A stretch of 64,000 nt of DNA from Candidatus Asgardarchaeum abyssi (GCA_040225955.1 JBECUL010000002.1:38312-102311), one strand, 5' to 3'. Counted from the stretch's first letter, positions 31,209-41,431 are shown. A program made the numbers and translations. Notes: generated by a model from the letters alone, not told the origin.

Positions 31209-32117
31209 TTAAGTGTAACTGGCAAAAGTATTAATAAATTCAAATACCTCTTTGACTGTTCTCTTTTTCTGTATTTTTTCCATTTTATCTTCAAGCTCAA
31301 TTAATATTCCGATAGGTGCATGATCCGAACCGTAAACATCCTTCAGTATAAATGCATCTTTAAGATTTGGAAGCAAATCTTCAGTAATCACTATATAATC
31401 GACACGCCAACCTATGTTCCTTTCTCTTGCACTAAATCTATACGTCCACCAAGTGTAATGTCCAGGTTCGTCTGGATGAAAATGTCTGAATGTATCAATA
31501 TACCCTTTGCTCAATAGCTTGTCCATAAATTTCCTTTCTTCTGGAGTGAAGCCTGCATTTCTAACATTATCTTTTGGTCTGGCCAAGTCTATCTCTTTGT
31601 GTGCTACGTTAAAATCACCACAAACTATTAGTGGCTTTTCTTTTCTTAACGTTTCTAGGTATTCTAAAAATTTCTCATTAAACTCGAGTTTATATGCAAG
31701 CCTTGTCAATCCCCTTTGTGCATTTGGGAAATAAACGTTAATCAGGTAGAACTTATCATAGCTTAGTGTGATAACTCTTCCTTCACTATCAGCAATTTTT
31801 TCACCAAATCCGTATTTTACTGATTTTGGCTCTACTCGCGTAAGGACTGCAGTTCCAGCATATCCTTTTCTCTCTGCTGGATACCAATAAATCAAGTAAT
31901 CTTCAAGACCGGGCCCTAAAGACATAGGTGCCATATGTTGCTTAATCTCTTGCAAGCAGATTACGTGAGGTCTCTCTTTCTTCATAAATTCGATGAACCC
32001 TTTTTTCATCACAGCTCTAAACCCATTTACGTTCCAAGAAAGGATCTTCCAAATCATCGCGTTCATCTCTTTTAGAATCATGTAAAAATCAAAGTTGATT
32101 GTTTTATATAGATTCAC
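31209..32117 (-). CDS. xth: Exodeoxyribonuclease III / AP endonuclease
   Basis: SWNVNG, CLQEIK, NVYFPN, CGDFNVAH, GWRVDY, SDHAP; true start probably ~32066. Confidence 0.95.
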   Translation of the reverse strand: MNLYKTINFDFYMILKEMNAMIWKILSWNVNGFRAVMKKGFIEFMKKERPHVICLQEIKQHMAPMSLGPGLEDYLIYWYPAERKGYAGTAVLTRVEPKSVKYGFGEKIADSEGRVITLSYDKFYLINVYFPNAQRGLTRLAYKLEFNEKFLEYLETLRKEKPLIVCGDFNVAHKEIDLARPKDNVRNAGFTPEERKFMDKLLSKGYIDTFRHFHPDEPGHYTWWTYRFSARERNIGWRVDYIVITEDLLPNLKDAFILKDVYGSDHAPIGILIELEDKMEKIQKKRTVKEVFEFINTFASYT

Positions 32118-32268
32118 TAGCTAATAAACTTTAAATGAAAAGAAGAGATGAGAGTGAGCATTAAAAGTACTATTTTAGTATTCAACCAATACCACTTAAA
32201 GAAGAAAATATTATTTATACTGAGGTTATGATAATAGTAATGGAAAATCTTCGTAAGAGTGCTCAAGC

Positions 32269-33477
32269 ATGAAGAATAAATTGCGGAAATACAAAACTTT
32301 AGCAGTTGTATTCTTCATAATCGGAATTACCTTTACGACTATAAAATACAATGAATTGTCAAGTGATGTAATTTGGCTATATGACATTGGATCCACGCTA
32401 AAACTTGAGGTTAAAGAAATCTATAATGGGACTAAGCATACGATAGTAGATGAAATTGCTAGAGAGTACAAGCTGGATTTGTCCAGAGAGATTTATATTA
32501 AGCTTGATAGTAAGATAGCCACACTGGAACCGAGGGTCATAGCTCTTGGAATTGTGAACTTTAAGATGCCTTATAATCTCTCCGTATCGGTTGATAATAA
32601 GAATTTTAATAGAATTAAAAGGTATATTCTGCCTATATTTTTCCCTAAGAATTTCGATAGTGTTGAAAAAGAGTTACAAGCATTAGAAAACGTCAGTTTT
32701 AGGTATAAACACTATCTCATTTCGGATATAATAGATTGGTATTTAGAATTCTCACTTGCTGATGCTAGGGTATATCTATATATCTGCATAAAGAAAGATG
32801 GCTGGCTTGATGGATATAATATAACCGTAACCAAAGACGGTAATAAAGAATCTTTATTCTTGGTTTGGGGTGGTAAAAAGAACTTTATTTTTGTTCAAGA
32901 AGTATCAAGTAAAACCACTTTAAGAATAATTGGGACTATTCCATTTTTAGCAGCCGCTGTATTCTTTGGTCTTTATATTAAGAATAGGAGACTTCAAAGT
33001 ATTGACTTGTATGAAGCTTTAGAGAAAGCTTTAACTAGGATTGAGAAATATTCAGATACATATTATAGGTTATGGTTAAGTTTATCACTAATAGGACTTG
33101 CCTTAGGAATCTTTGTAGCACATGGGCTCATTACTTTGGATAGTGAAATTACGGTTCTTACTCTTATGGTGTTCTTTTTAGTATCAACAGCAATATTACT
33201 TGTGTTCCTAATGTGGATGTGCGTATTACCAAAACTGGATGAAATTGGGTCTTTAAATTTTTTAAGCCCAATAACACCGACTGTTATTTCATCAGTGAGC
33301 TTTATTCTTGGAGTCTTAATAGCGACAACTTTTAATGATGACCCTTTATTTTGGAGTTTGCCTCTGTTTATACTACTTGGCTTAACACTCATATTAATAA
33401 GGATATCAGAGCCAAGAAAAGAATTAAGGATATTTAAAAAGGAGGTTACGAAGGGGTTCAGCGGATGTCCGCATTAG
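32269..33477 (+). CDS. Multi-pass membrane protein of unknown function
   Basis: N-terminal anchor, soluble loop, ~5 C-terminal TMs; last codons overlap the GC-rich element. Confidence 0.65.
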   Translation: MKNKLRKYKTLAVVFFIIGITFTTIKYNELSSDVIWLYDIGSTLKLEVKEIYNGTKHTIVDEIAREYKLDLSREIYIKLDSKIATLEPRVIALGIVNFKMPYNLSVSVDNKNFNRIKRYILPIFFPKNFDSVEKELQALENVSFRYKHYLISDIIDWYLEFSLADARVYLYICIKKDGWLDGYNITVTKDGNKESLFLVWGGKKNFIFVQEVSSKTTLRIIGTIPFLAAAVFFGLYIKNRRLQSIDLYEALEKALTRIEKYSDTYYRLWLSLSLIGLALGIFVAHGLITLDSEITVLTLMVFFLVSTAILLVFLMWMCVLPKLDEIGSLNFLSPITPTVISSVSFILGVLIATTFNDDPLFWSLPLFILLGLTLILIRISEPRKELRIFKKEVTKGFSGCPH

Positions 33478-33651
33478 TGAGCGAACATCCACCTTGGGCC
33501 TCATCAGCCTCAGCTCCCTCTGGGTTCATGGGGAGCAAGTCATCGGTCTCGACCCCGTTCAGGGTAACCCCGCAAGCCCCACATCGCAGCGTCCTTTCAC
33601 ACCGCAATGTCCTTTCGGTGCTTTACTCCCACCACATTCGGACATTGCTTC
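33436..33651 (-). ncRNA. Structured GC-rich RNA resembling an IS200/IS605 TnpB omega-RNA / non-autonomous element
   Basis: GC island; hairpins 33604-33648 and 33461-33492 (latter needs G-U pairs that form only on the minus strand); GATGTGGGG...CCCTGAACGGGG...GATGA motifs like archaeal tnpB 3' ends; TATA TTAAATAT at 33681-33674; T5 at 33440-33436. Confidence 0.65.
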
Positions 33652-33742
33652 AATACTCACAAGTGCTCACAAAATATTTAACTGTTTCGGAAGGCACTGG
33701 AAGAGAAACAGCAAATTAATACTACCTAAAGAAGCTATCATG

Positions 33743-34102
33743 CTATTCTACACGGATTTCCTTTTCCATTTCCCACTGTCCGTGAATATTGCATCTTGCT
33801 ATTACTTTTAGCTTTGCATTCTTTCCGACTCTTATTTTTAACGTTACTTCTGGCTCCATAATAATCGGCACAAACATAACTCTAGACAGAAAATGATCAT
33901 CCAAAATTAGGTCTATCCAAACGATATAATGCTCAAACGTATTGGGATGAGGTATCTCACCAACTTTTATTTTCACCTCAAATGGCTCACAGCTTTTTAC
34001 CTTATCAGGAATTTTAATGATGGGCTTGTGCATTTTCCCATATTCTGTTAATTCTGCCTTTTTGCTCAGAACAACGATGGGCTCAACACACTTTTCAGCC
34101 AC
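33743..34102 (-). CDS. sor: Superoxide reductase (neelaredoxin / class II SOR-like)
   Basis: KMHKP, PHPNTFEHYIVWIDL, CNIHG iron ligands. Confidence 0.85.
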   Translation of the reverse strand: MAEKCVEPIVVLSKKAELTEYGKMHKPIIKIPDKVKSCEPFEVKIKVGEIPHPNTFEHYIVWIDLILDDHFLSRVMFVPIIMEPEVTLKIRVGKNAKLKVIARCNIHGQWEMEKEIRVE

Positions 34103-34185
34103 ATCAATACCTCCTATCTTTTTGGCAATCTTTTTAAACCAACTTTAAATAAAAATTTTGTTAATAAGTATGAAATCAGTTATTG

Positions 34186-34491
34186 TTACTCTATTTCCTC
34201 TACAAGCAAGTCCTTATGCTCGGGATGCTTTTTGAAATAATAGACTGCGTAACTACAATTTGGTTTTATTTTATATCTGTTCTCTCTTGCAAATTTTATA
34301 GCCTCTTCCATTAGTCTTCCAGCAAGTCCTCGCCCTCTAAACTCTTCAGGTGTATACGTGGCATCTATGTTCATAACATTTCCCTGCACGTTATATTTCA
34401 AGTATGATGCCTTTCCTGGTCCAAGCTTTATGAGAAACCTCTGTGATTTCTTATGATGGATTATTTCTAATTTTTCTCCTCTTTCATTCAT
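34186..34491 (-). CDS. Small GNAT acetyltransferase (YjdJ-like)
   Basis: TYTPEEFRGRGLAGRL, IKPNCSYA. Confidence 0.85.
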   Translation of the reverse strand: MNERGEKLEIIHHKKSQRFLIKLGPGKASYLKYNVQGNVMNIDATYTPEEFRGRGLAGRLMEEAIKFARENRYKIKPNCSYAVYYFKKHPEHKDLLVEEIE

Positions 34492-34628
34492 AGTTTCACA
34501 GCCTTTTGCTCTATACGGTACTCATTGCATAACCACTTTTTTATTTTTTACGGGATTTTTAAGTGAACTATAAATTCTGAAATTAAAAGTATCTTTGCAA
34601 CATCATAAGATCTTAATAATTTAAATTA

Positions 34629-35294
34629 TCATTTATTGATTTTCTTCGTTATTTTAATTGCTGCAAAAAAGAGACAAATAGCTGTAAAAATATATACAGC
34701 AAGCCTTACTGTTAAATACGCTAGGTGTGTGGGAAGGGAGAAAAACTCGAATATCAATGGAAACGTTACAGCAAAGCCGCTTATTATAAGAAATAGTGAG
34801 TGAAATGAGTAATACAGTAAACTTTTCTTCTTTAGTAAATGTAATGCAATAGTTGTTTGAGTTAGGAAGATCGCATACCACCTAATCCAGAGAAACACAC
34901 ATATGATAATATAGAAGGGAATCCACATTAGAGAGGGAAGAGTGAACAAAAAGAATGCACTGTTGTAGTAAGAGGCAGCAAAAGTGGCAATCAATATAAA
35001 AATGATTATTGAAGGCAGTACTTTCGAAGTATAACTATTTTTTTCTATAGAACTCTTATCATCATTGCTAATACGCTTACCTAAAAAGGGAGCACAGCTC
35101 AAAAGTCCTATTACAGTTGAAAAGAATAGAACATACATATAGTAGTTTTTGGGTACAATAAGCTCCGGACCAAAAAAATACTCAAAAGCAAGATATTCAA
35201 AAACATGGGCATAGCCATATGATAAGAATCCAGAACTAACTGCCGATAAGACTGTATTCAGAGAGTTATGTGCTTTTCCAAATTTCATCATCAT
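34629..35294 (-). CDS. Hypothetical integral membrane protein (~6 TM)
   Basis: Six hydrophobic segments, no recognised motif. Confidence 0.55.
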   Translation of the reverse strand: MMMKFGKAHNSLNTVLSAVSSGFLSYGYAHVFEYLAFEYFFGPELIVPKNYYMYVLFFSTVIGLLSCAPFLGKRISNDDKSSIEKNSYTSKVLPSIIIFILIATFAASYYNSAFFLFTLPSLMWIPFYIIICVFLWIRWYAIFLTQTTIALHLLKKKSLLYYSFHSLFLIISGFAVTFPLIFEFFSLPTHLAYLTVRLAVYIFTAICLFFAAIKITKKINK

Positions 35295-35499
35295 TCCCTA
35301 CCAGTATGTACTTAATTTTTTTATTATATGTTATTTATTTATATTTTATATTATGTTATTTTAATACTGTGCTAAAATCGATCAACTCCAATAATAATAC
35401 AGTTTTTCAATAAGGCACATCTCAAATATGACAGTTCGAGATAGGGTAAAAAATATCATCTCTATTTCAGTAAAAATACTCCATGAAATAATAATTCTA

Positions 35500-35522
35500 T
35501 CCAAAATATTTTAAAATTTGGA
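35500..35522. promoter_or_regulatory. Palindrome around the TATA box of the TA operon (autoregulatory operator candidate)
   Basis: TCCAAA-atattttaaaa-TTTGGA, ~25 nt before ATG 35547. Confidence 0.35.
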
Positions 35523-35546
35523 AAATAAGACTTTTTTGGTGATTAT

Positions 35547-35783
35547 ATGGCCATTGTAAAAATTAGCAAGAGACGAATATATATTCCATCGAAGATTGAT
35601 TTTAAAGGGGATAGAGCAATAATAATCCCATTCGGAAAAGGATTACTAGTATATCCAATTCCAGCAAAATTTAGAGAGATAGATATTCCCCATTCTATAA
35701 AGGAACTCAAAGAAATTGCTGAGCAGAAAGCTAAGGAAGAGGCTCTTAATAAATTGAAAAAGAGGGAAGCAAGAAGATGCTAA
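35547..35783 (+). CDS. AbrB-like antitoxin
   Basis: VKISKRRIYIPSKI motif; overlaps the downstream PIN gene. Confidence 0.7.
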   Translation: MAIVKISKRRIYIPSKIDFKGDRAIIIPFGKGLLVYPIPAKFREIDIPHSIKELKEIAEQKAKEEALNKLKKREARRC

Positions 35784-36208
35784 TTGAAAGCGATATAATT
35801 ATCGCACTTATTAAAAGAAGAGACTGGTTAAAACCAGTTGCTGAAAACATTTTAATGTTGATCAAGAAGGGAGATCTGCGTCCAATAGAGATTTCAACTG
35901 AAATACTTCATGAACTTTATTATGTAGCATCAGAGTTTGCAGATCTTGATATTGTTTTGGAAAATTTTGTAAAAATTGCTGGTTTAGAAAATATTAAATT
36001 CTTAAGACCAAAACCAGAAACTTACATAACCGCGGTTTTTATTATGAAAAATTATAATATAACATCTATTTTCGATGCTATATATGCTGCACATATACTT
36101 AATAAAGATAGTTCAGATAATATAATCATAAGTACTGATCACATTTATGATAAGATTCCTGGGATTAAAAGAGTAGATCCGAGAAAGCTTAATAGTTTAA
36201 TTGAATAA
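35777..36208 (+). CDS. vapC: PIN-domain (VapC-like) toxin
   Basis: IESDIIIA, ILHEL, SIFDAIYAA, IISTDHIYD. Confidence 0.85.
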   Translation: MLIESDIIIALIKRRDWLKPVAENILMLIKKGDLRPIEISTEILHELYYVASEFADLDIVLENFVKIAGLENIKFLRPKPETYITAVFIMKNYNITSIFDAIYAAHILNKDSSDNIIISTDHIYDKIPGIKRVDPRKLNSLIE

Positions 36209-36391
36209 AGAATGTAGTAAAATCAAACACAATATGATATAATGAAAAAGCTGTGCTTGTGTTTGAAAAAGATAACATTCACTTTAATGTCTGCACTCCG
36301 CTCCCAATATGTAGATGCACTAATGTAAATTCATATGATTGGTCTAGTAATGTACTCTGGAAAAATGTTAGTTAGTTTTTAAAAAAGAATC

Positions 36392-36715
36392 TCAAAAATC
36401 AAATATGATACCCTCTTCTAATGCTATTTTCACTATGCTTGGTCTTTTTTTAAGCTTCTCAAACTCCTCAATTGTATAACAGATGAAATCCACTGGGTAA
36501 TCAAGATCCCATTCAAGATAAAGAGGAACTGGTCTCTCTAAAGGACTTTTGTCTTTAAAAAAATCACTAACAATTATGAGGTCGACATCACTATCCTCTC
36601 CGAATTCTCCTCTCGCAGCAGAGCCAAAAATTATAGCTCTTCTTATTTTGTACTTTTTGCTAATCCTCCTTAGGAACTCTTTAATCTCTTCTATGTTAGC
36701 TGTCTTTTTACCCAT
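36392..36715 (-). CDS. Minimal nucleotidyltransferase (MNT antitoxin)
   Basis: IIFGSAARGE...DSDVDLIIV. Confidence 0.9.
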   Translation of the reverse strand: MGKKTANIEEIKEFLRRISKKYKIRRAIIFGSAARGEFGEDSDVDLIIVSDFFKDKSPLERPVPLYLEWDLDYPVDFICYTIEEFEKLKKRPSIVKIALEEGIIFDF

Positions 36716-37051
36716 TTTATCACCTTTTCTGCATACTCTATTATTTTTTCAACTTCTTCTTTGTTAAATTCTGATAAAACATCTGGATACCTTGTTGCTG
36801 TATAGGCAGGAGTGATGCTTGCATAGTCTTAGAATACTTTCTGGTGCGTTTAGCATCCTATCAAGTCGTGTTAGGTCGTGTATTTTTGGAAAACTTCCAG
36901 TATTTCTAATAAGTAATGCTTTTAAAGCTTTTTCAACCGATTGTTGGGCCAAAAATGCAGCTACATGATATTCTTCAATCTCATAATTCTTTTTTGCGGC
37001 TTTTAAATCTCTTATTGCAAAATCCCACCACATTTTTATAGAATCTTTCAT
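36691..37051 (-). pseudogene. HEPN-domain protein, frameshifted at ~36820
   Basis: AAFLAQQSVEKALKA, KIHDL; a shifted frame continues SITPAYTATRYPD...KWVKRQLT* to 36691, overlapping the MNT start. Confidence 0.8.
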
Positions 37052-37263
37052 AAAGAATACACCACTAATGATACTATATAAATTTATAAACCTAATAATG
37101 GATAAAAATTTTCAGCAAAATAAGTAATCTAAGGAAGAAGGTTATTATTATTGCGACATCGTATACTTCAAAAATGTTAGAGAAAGATCTGCAAAAATCC
37201 GAATTTGTTTATTCATAATATGGTTTTAACTTTTCTCTAATGCTTTTTATGTTAATTAAGCTT

Positions 37264-37764
37264 CTAATTTAGCTTATTTGAGTCATCTATCGTTGTCTTA
37301 TACCCATATTCACGAAGCGTTTCGAGGAAGTCATCAAAGTTTTTTACGGAGATTATCGTAACTCTGTCATCAAACTTCAATAATCCGCCACCATAACCCG
37401 ATTTTTGCTTTCGATCCATATAAACAAAGCCCTTTATAGCACTACGTGGAATGAAAACAAGTGCTTTTGCCTTTTTTATGTATAAGCCCTCTTTTGTTAC
37501 TATATAGCCCTTAGTAAGATTCAGAACGAATGGAAAGAGCATTACGGAAATAGGAGCCGCAAAAATTAATATTAGCAGTAATATCTCAAAGAGCTGAATC
37601 CCCATGACATTATAATTAGCAGCTGGAATCATAAATATATGAATCCAAATTATTAAAAGAATGGCTCCTATCATGAGAGTAAACAGAAAAACAACAAGTA
37701 CTAATATTAAGTTTGGTTGTGGAAAGAACTTGCCCTCTATCAACCTATTAGACACTTTCATCAA
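37264..37764 (-). CDS. 2-TM protein with bPH-like C-terminal domain
   Basis: Two TMs then YIVTKEGLYIK...FIPRSAIK. Confidence 0.5.
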   Translation of the reverse strand: MMKVSNRLIEGKFFPQPNLILVLVVFLFTLMIGAILLIIWIHIFMIPAANYNVMGIQLFEILLLILIFAAPISVMLFPFVLNLTKGYIVTKEGLYIKKAKALVFIPRSAIKGFVYMDRKQKSGYGGGLLKFDDRVTIISVKNFDDFLETLREYGYKTTIDDSNKLN

Positions 37765-38273
37765 AATTCCACCTCACGTCTATTTAAATCAATTAGCATT
37801 CTTAAGTCCTGGACAAATTTTTCGGGATTCTCAGGAACAAGAAATATCAAAGTTGCTACGCTGGAATCAATTAAACTAACACTCGGAGGCCCATAACGTT
37901 TAATGAGAACTTTAAGCTCTTCTCGTCCCTTCCGATCCCAAGAAACAAATAAGAAAACATGCTCTATATCGGAATACGCTATTTTCTTATTACGATACAA
38001 GAGTGACCATGGAGATCTAATTATGAGCTCCTTATCGGTTAATACATATTCTAAGGATATAACGGGCAAAACGATTCCTATAAAAATTAAAATGACCGTC
38101 GCAAAAATACAAACAATGCCAATTAAATATGGAATATCAATTTTAAACGCTAAGAGATTCAATAAATGACTGCGAGTTTTATAAATGAAAAGGCCACTAA
38201 GCTCTATGAGAATGACCGTTATTAATATTGCTAAAGTCTTTTCCGTCTTTGATTTGTAAATAATATACACCAT
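37761..38273 (-). CDS. 2-TM protein with bPH-like C-terminal domain
   Basis: YVLTDKELIIR...KIAYSDIEHV...PENPEKFV; ATGA overlap with the next gene. Confidence 0.55.
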   Translation of the reverse strand: MVYIIYKSKTEKTLAILITVILIELSGLFIYKTRSHLLNLLAFKIDIPYLIGIVCIFATVILIFIGIVLPVISLEYVLTDKELIIRSPWSLLYRNKKIAYSDIEHVFLFVSWDRKGREELKVLIKRYGPPSVSLIDSSVATLIFLVPENPEKFVQDLRMLIDLNRREVEF

Positions 38274-38393
38274 AGCTCATCTGGAAAATTATCAGCTTTT
38301 TCTTATTAGTTTATTTAAATAAAAACTCTAATATGATTCCATTTCTATATTAGGAATTATCTCAAATCTATAAATAACAATCTCAACAGCCTT

Positions 38394-38614
38394 TAATCTA
38401 GCTGATGGCATTTCTGGCTCCTGGATTTATATCGATAATAAACTCCAAAGAGAGGTTCATATACTGTGATTATAGAAACTGCTTTTATTGCGATTACCTT
38501 ATCTATTTATTTTATTTTTCTAATTGCGTCTTTATTTGGTACCTTCTTTATTACGTCTATTAATACTCATGTATCAAGAGGCTGATCTCTTTCGAAACTC
38601 TAGCTTACTTCCAT
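38394..38614 (-). pseudogene. Decayed VapC/PIN toxin remnant
   Basis: Reads LDT*VLIDVIKK...AVSIITVYE with in-frame stops, directly after the antitoxin. Confidence 0.6.
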
Positions 38615-38835
38615 AAGTAACTTTTTTTCTTTAAATCCAAATCTTCTTTTTCTTTCCTTAATCTTTCTAAAACCTTTACATCTTCGTCATCAAAGATCCC
38701 TATACCTATTATGTCTGATATGCTTGTACTTCGTGTAATAGCTCTTTTTATGGCATCACTGAAACTTTCTCCACGTCTCTTAAATCTTTTTAGCATCTCG
38801 TATACCTCTTCAGAAACCATTATTGTGCGTGCCAT
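38605..38835 (-). CDS. Archaeal VapB-type antitoxin (DUF217-like)
   Basis: RTIMVSEEVYEMLKRFKRRGESFSDAIKR. Confidence 0.85.
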   Translation of the reverse strand: MARTIMVSEEVYEMLKRFKRRGESFSDAIKRAITRSTSISDIIGIGIFDDEDVKVLERLRKEKEDLDLKKKSYLWK

Positions 38836-38971
38836 CTTTTCACTTGATTAAATATTATATACATGTACATTTATTTTTTGCGGATTTCTCATCAGAAAAT
38901 CGTTCCTCAAGCAAAATATAATAGGATACATAACATTTAATAATTACTGAATAAACCATGATGAACAAAGG

Positions 38972-39180
38972 ATGAGCGAATTGAACATAGACTTAATAAG
39001 AGAAAGAATTACAGAGATTCGCGAGGGTATTAAGCAACTTAATAATTTTCTGAAAACAATACAAAGACCTGAAGCTAACTGAGAAATTGACAATTAGATA
39101 TTGATGCTAAAAAAGATTAAAGGATTTCATTGAGTTTGTAAAATTTGTGGAGGATTTTGTGGACAAATGGAAAAGATAAA
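38972..39180 (+). pseudogene. Internally deleted HepT/DUF86-like toxin remnant
   Basis: MSELNIDLIRERITEIREGIKQL start and ...EFVKFVEDFVDKWKR end overlapping the MNT start; middle missing or interrupted. Confidence 0.5.
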
Positions 39181-39565
39181 ATACTACACACTTAGTCAAG
39201 AAGAAAGAATAAAAATCGAGAAGAAAATAAAGGATATTCTAAGCCATGATGAAAACATAATCTTTGCTTTTATCCATGGCAGTTTTATATCGGGTAATCC
39301 ATTTAGAGATATAGACATAGCTGTTTTTCTAAAAGATGAGAAGGATGCTTTTTCGTATGTAACTCGTTATTCCGCAAAGATTGAAATTGAAATTAAATAT
39401 CCAATTGACCTCCACGTATTAAATGAAGCCCCCTTAACATTTCAGTATCATGCCATTACCAAGGGAAAGCTGCTTCTCTCTAGAGATGAACTAACTTTGG
39501 ATCTATTTATTGAAAGAACTTTAAAGAAATATTGGGATTTTAAAATTTTGCTGGAATATATTTAA
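39167..39565 (+). CDS. MNT nucleotidyltransferase antitoxin (MntA-like)
   Basis: AFIHGSF...RDIDIAV...IDLHVLNEAP. Confidence 0.88.
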   Translation: MEKIKYYTLSQEERIKIEKKIKDILSHDENIIFAFIHGSFISGNPFRDIDIAVFLKDEKDAFSYVTRYSAKIEIEIKYPIDLHVLNEAPLTFQYHAITKGKLLLSRDELTLDLFIERTLKKYWDFKILLEYI

Positions 39566-39665
39566 TATCCAACGTTATTATTCTGCCTAACTACTAGAAT
39601 AATGGAAAAGAAAATTTTTGTATATATAATAATACCACATTTGTCTACAAAGGAAGGTATGATCT

Positions 39666-39968
39666 ATGAAAGCTACAATTTCGGTTCGTGTGCCCAAAGA
39701 GCTCATTGAGGAGATCAAAAAAATTGCAGAAGAGGAGGATAGAGATAAGGCTGATGTTCTTAGGGAAATACTTGCAAAAGGTGTGCAAGAGAAGAAAATA
39801 GAAATTGCAATTAAAAAATACAAGGAAGGAAAATTCACCCTATGGAAAGCAGCAAGATACGCGGGTATATCCCTATGGGCAATGATTGAACTATTAAAAG
39901 AGAAGAAAATCGAACTACAATATGGCGAAGCTGAATTAGAAAGCGATCTTAAAGCGTTGGAGGAGTAA
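39666..39968 (+). CDS. UPF0175-family antitoxin with N-terminal RHH
   Basis: ISVRVP..., AIKKYKEGKFTLWKAARYAGIS. Confidence 0.85.
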   Translation: MKATISVRVPKELIEEIKKIAEEEDRDKADVLREILAKGVQEKKIEIAIKKYKEGKFTLWKAARYAGISLWAMIELLKEKKIELQYGEAELESDLKALEE

Positions 39969-39970
39969 TT

Positions 39971-40469
39971 TTGATTATTATTTCAAATGCATCAACGCTC
40001 ATCTATCTTGCAAAAGTAAACCGATTACATCTATTAAAAGATCTTTTAAAAAGTTATAATCCCTATGGAAGTTTATGAAGAGGTTATAATTAGAGGCATA
40101 AAAGATGGTTTTCTGATGCAAGAATTGTTGAGAACGCTGTTAAAGACGGATGGATTGAAGTTGTTAAGTCACCTAAGGATATTGAAGTGAGATGAAGTTC
40201 AAAGAACTTGATTATGGAGAAATACTGTCTTGAAACTTGCTGAAGCATATCCAAATAGTCTAATATTAATGGATGATGCATCAGCAAGAAAGATTGCTGA
40301 AAACCTTGGATACAATGTGAAAGGAACTTTTATATGTCATTTTATTAGCAGTCAGAAGAAAAATAATTTCCAAAAAATTGCTCGTGAGATCATTAATAGG
40401 TTGGTTTCTTCTGGATTCAGAATGTCAATTGAGTTGTATATTAAGGTAATTGAAGGTTTAAAAGAATGA
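39971..40469 (+). pseudogene. DUF3368-type PIN toxin, multiply frameshifted
   Basis: TTG start MIIISNASTLIYLAK; segments VIIPMEVYEEV, LDYGE, LILMDDASARK, VKGT and GFRMS are separated by several frameshifts. Confidence 0.8.
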
Positions 40470-40648
40470 AATCATAAAAGTTTCTTGTTAAACCATTGTC
40501 AGTTAAGGGTCTAATATTCAAACTGTAGCACGGTTTTTAAGGATTTTGAGATCCTCCCATCACTCCTAATTTGATTCTAAAAAGTAAGATAGCTATTAGG
40601 TGGTTGTAGTTATTCGCCGTGTTTATTCTTTCGGACCACTGCTCTAGG

Positions 40649-41380
40649 CTAACGATATACTTTGAGGATATACGTAAAAATCGCAATTGTAAATATGTAT
40701 AGGTTTGCCAAAGCATAATCGCGAAATATTACATTAAAGAATACCCTGTTTGCCATATCCATACTTCTGTTTACATAAATCCTGAACAATACGTAAAACT
40801 CAACACCCTTCTCGTAACTTATTTCCGATACAGAATTACTAAGATATGCGTTATACACCTCTATGTGCCATACTTGGTAGTCTAATTTCTTCGAGTAGTA
40901 GTATGGGAACTCTGTGTTGTTCTCGTTGAACTTCCAGATGGGCGCAGTATAGTTTATCACAAGCGTTTCGTTCTTGCCGTCAAAAACCCAGAGCCTGAAG
41001 TTTATATACGTCATGTTCAAGTATGGGAAGTCCTTGTAAAGATAACGGTCTAAATCACTTTCATTTTTTATGGGGGTCCCTCCTTTGACGATTGACCACT
41101 TATACGGTCTAATAAATATTCCCTCATGAAAGATGTCCATATAGACTTGATAGCTATCCGTCTCATCACAAAGCATGTTCCACCATTCGTTCGTAGGAGC
41201 TGTTACATTCTCGCGGGTTCCCCCTCCAATAAAAGTCAACGTTCCGATATGAACAGGAGGACCAGCTAGGAACGAGGAGTAAAACCAATAAATAAATGTA
41301 AGGTTTCCCAGTAACATGATCAATAAAAATATTAGAAGCCAACCCTTCGGAGAGACATTTTTCATGGCTATTACCTCCAT
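40649..41380 (-). CDS. Hypothetical membrane-anchored extracellular protein
   Basis: N-terminal TM, many NxS/T sequons, C-terminal hydrophobic segment. Confidence 0.6.
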   Translation of the reverse strand: MEVIAMKNVSPKGWLLIFLLIMLLGNLTFIYWFYSSFLAGPPVHIGTLTFIGGGTRENVTAPTNEWWNMLCDETDSYQVYMDIFHEGIFIRPYKWSIVKGGTPIKNESDLDRYLYKDFPYLNMTYINFRLWVFDGKNETLVINYTAPIWKFNENNTEFPYYYSKKLDYQVWHIEVYNAYLSNSVSEISYEKGVEFYVLFRIYVNRSMDMANRVFFNVIFRDYALANLYIFTIAIFTYILKVYR

Positions 41381-41431
41381 GTTTAGTAAATAATAATAAA
41401 TAAATTAAAAAAGATAAAATAAAATCAATAA

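Noticed and set aside
33436-33660. GC island as SRP RNA, RNase P RNA, tRNA or SECIS
   Set aside because: No helix-8 GGAA/AGCA arrangement, no GAGGAAAGUCC-type P4 motif, no cloverleaf, and the upstream SOR gene has no in-frame UGA
33465-33811. ORFs 33465..33719 and 33494..33811
   Set aside because: Atypical composition; they arise from the GC-rich RNA element and from overlap with SOR
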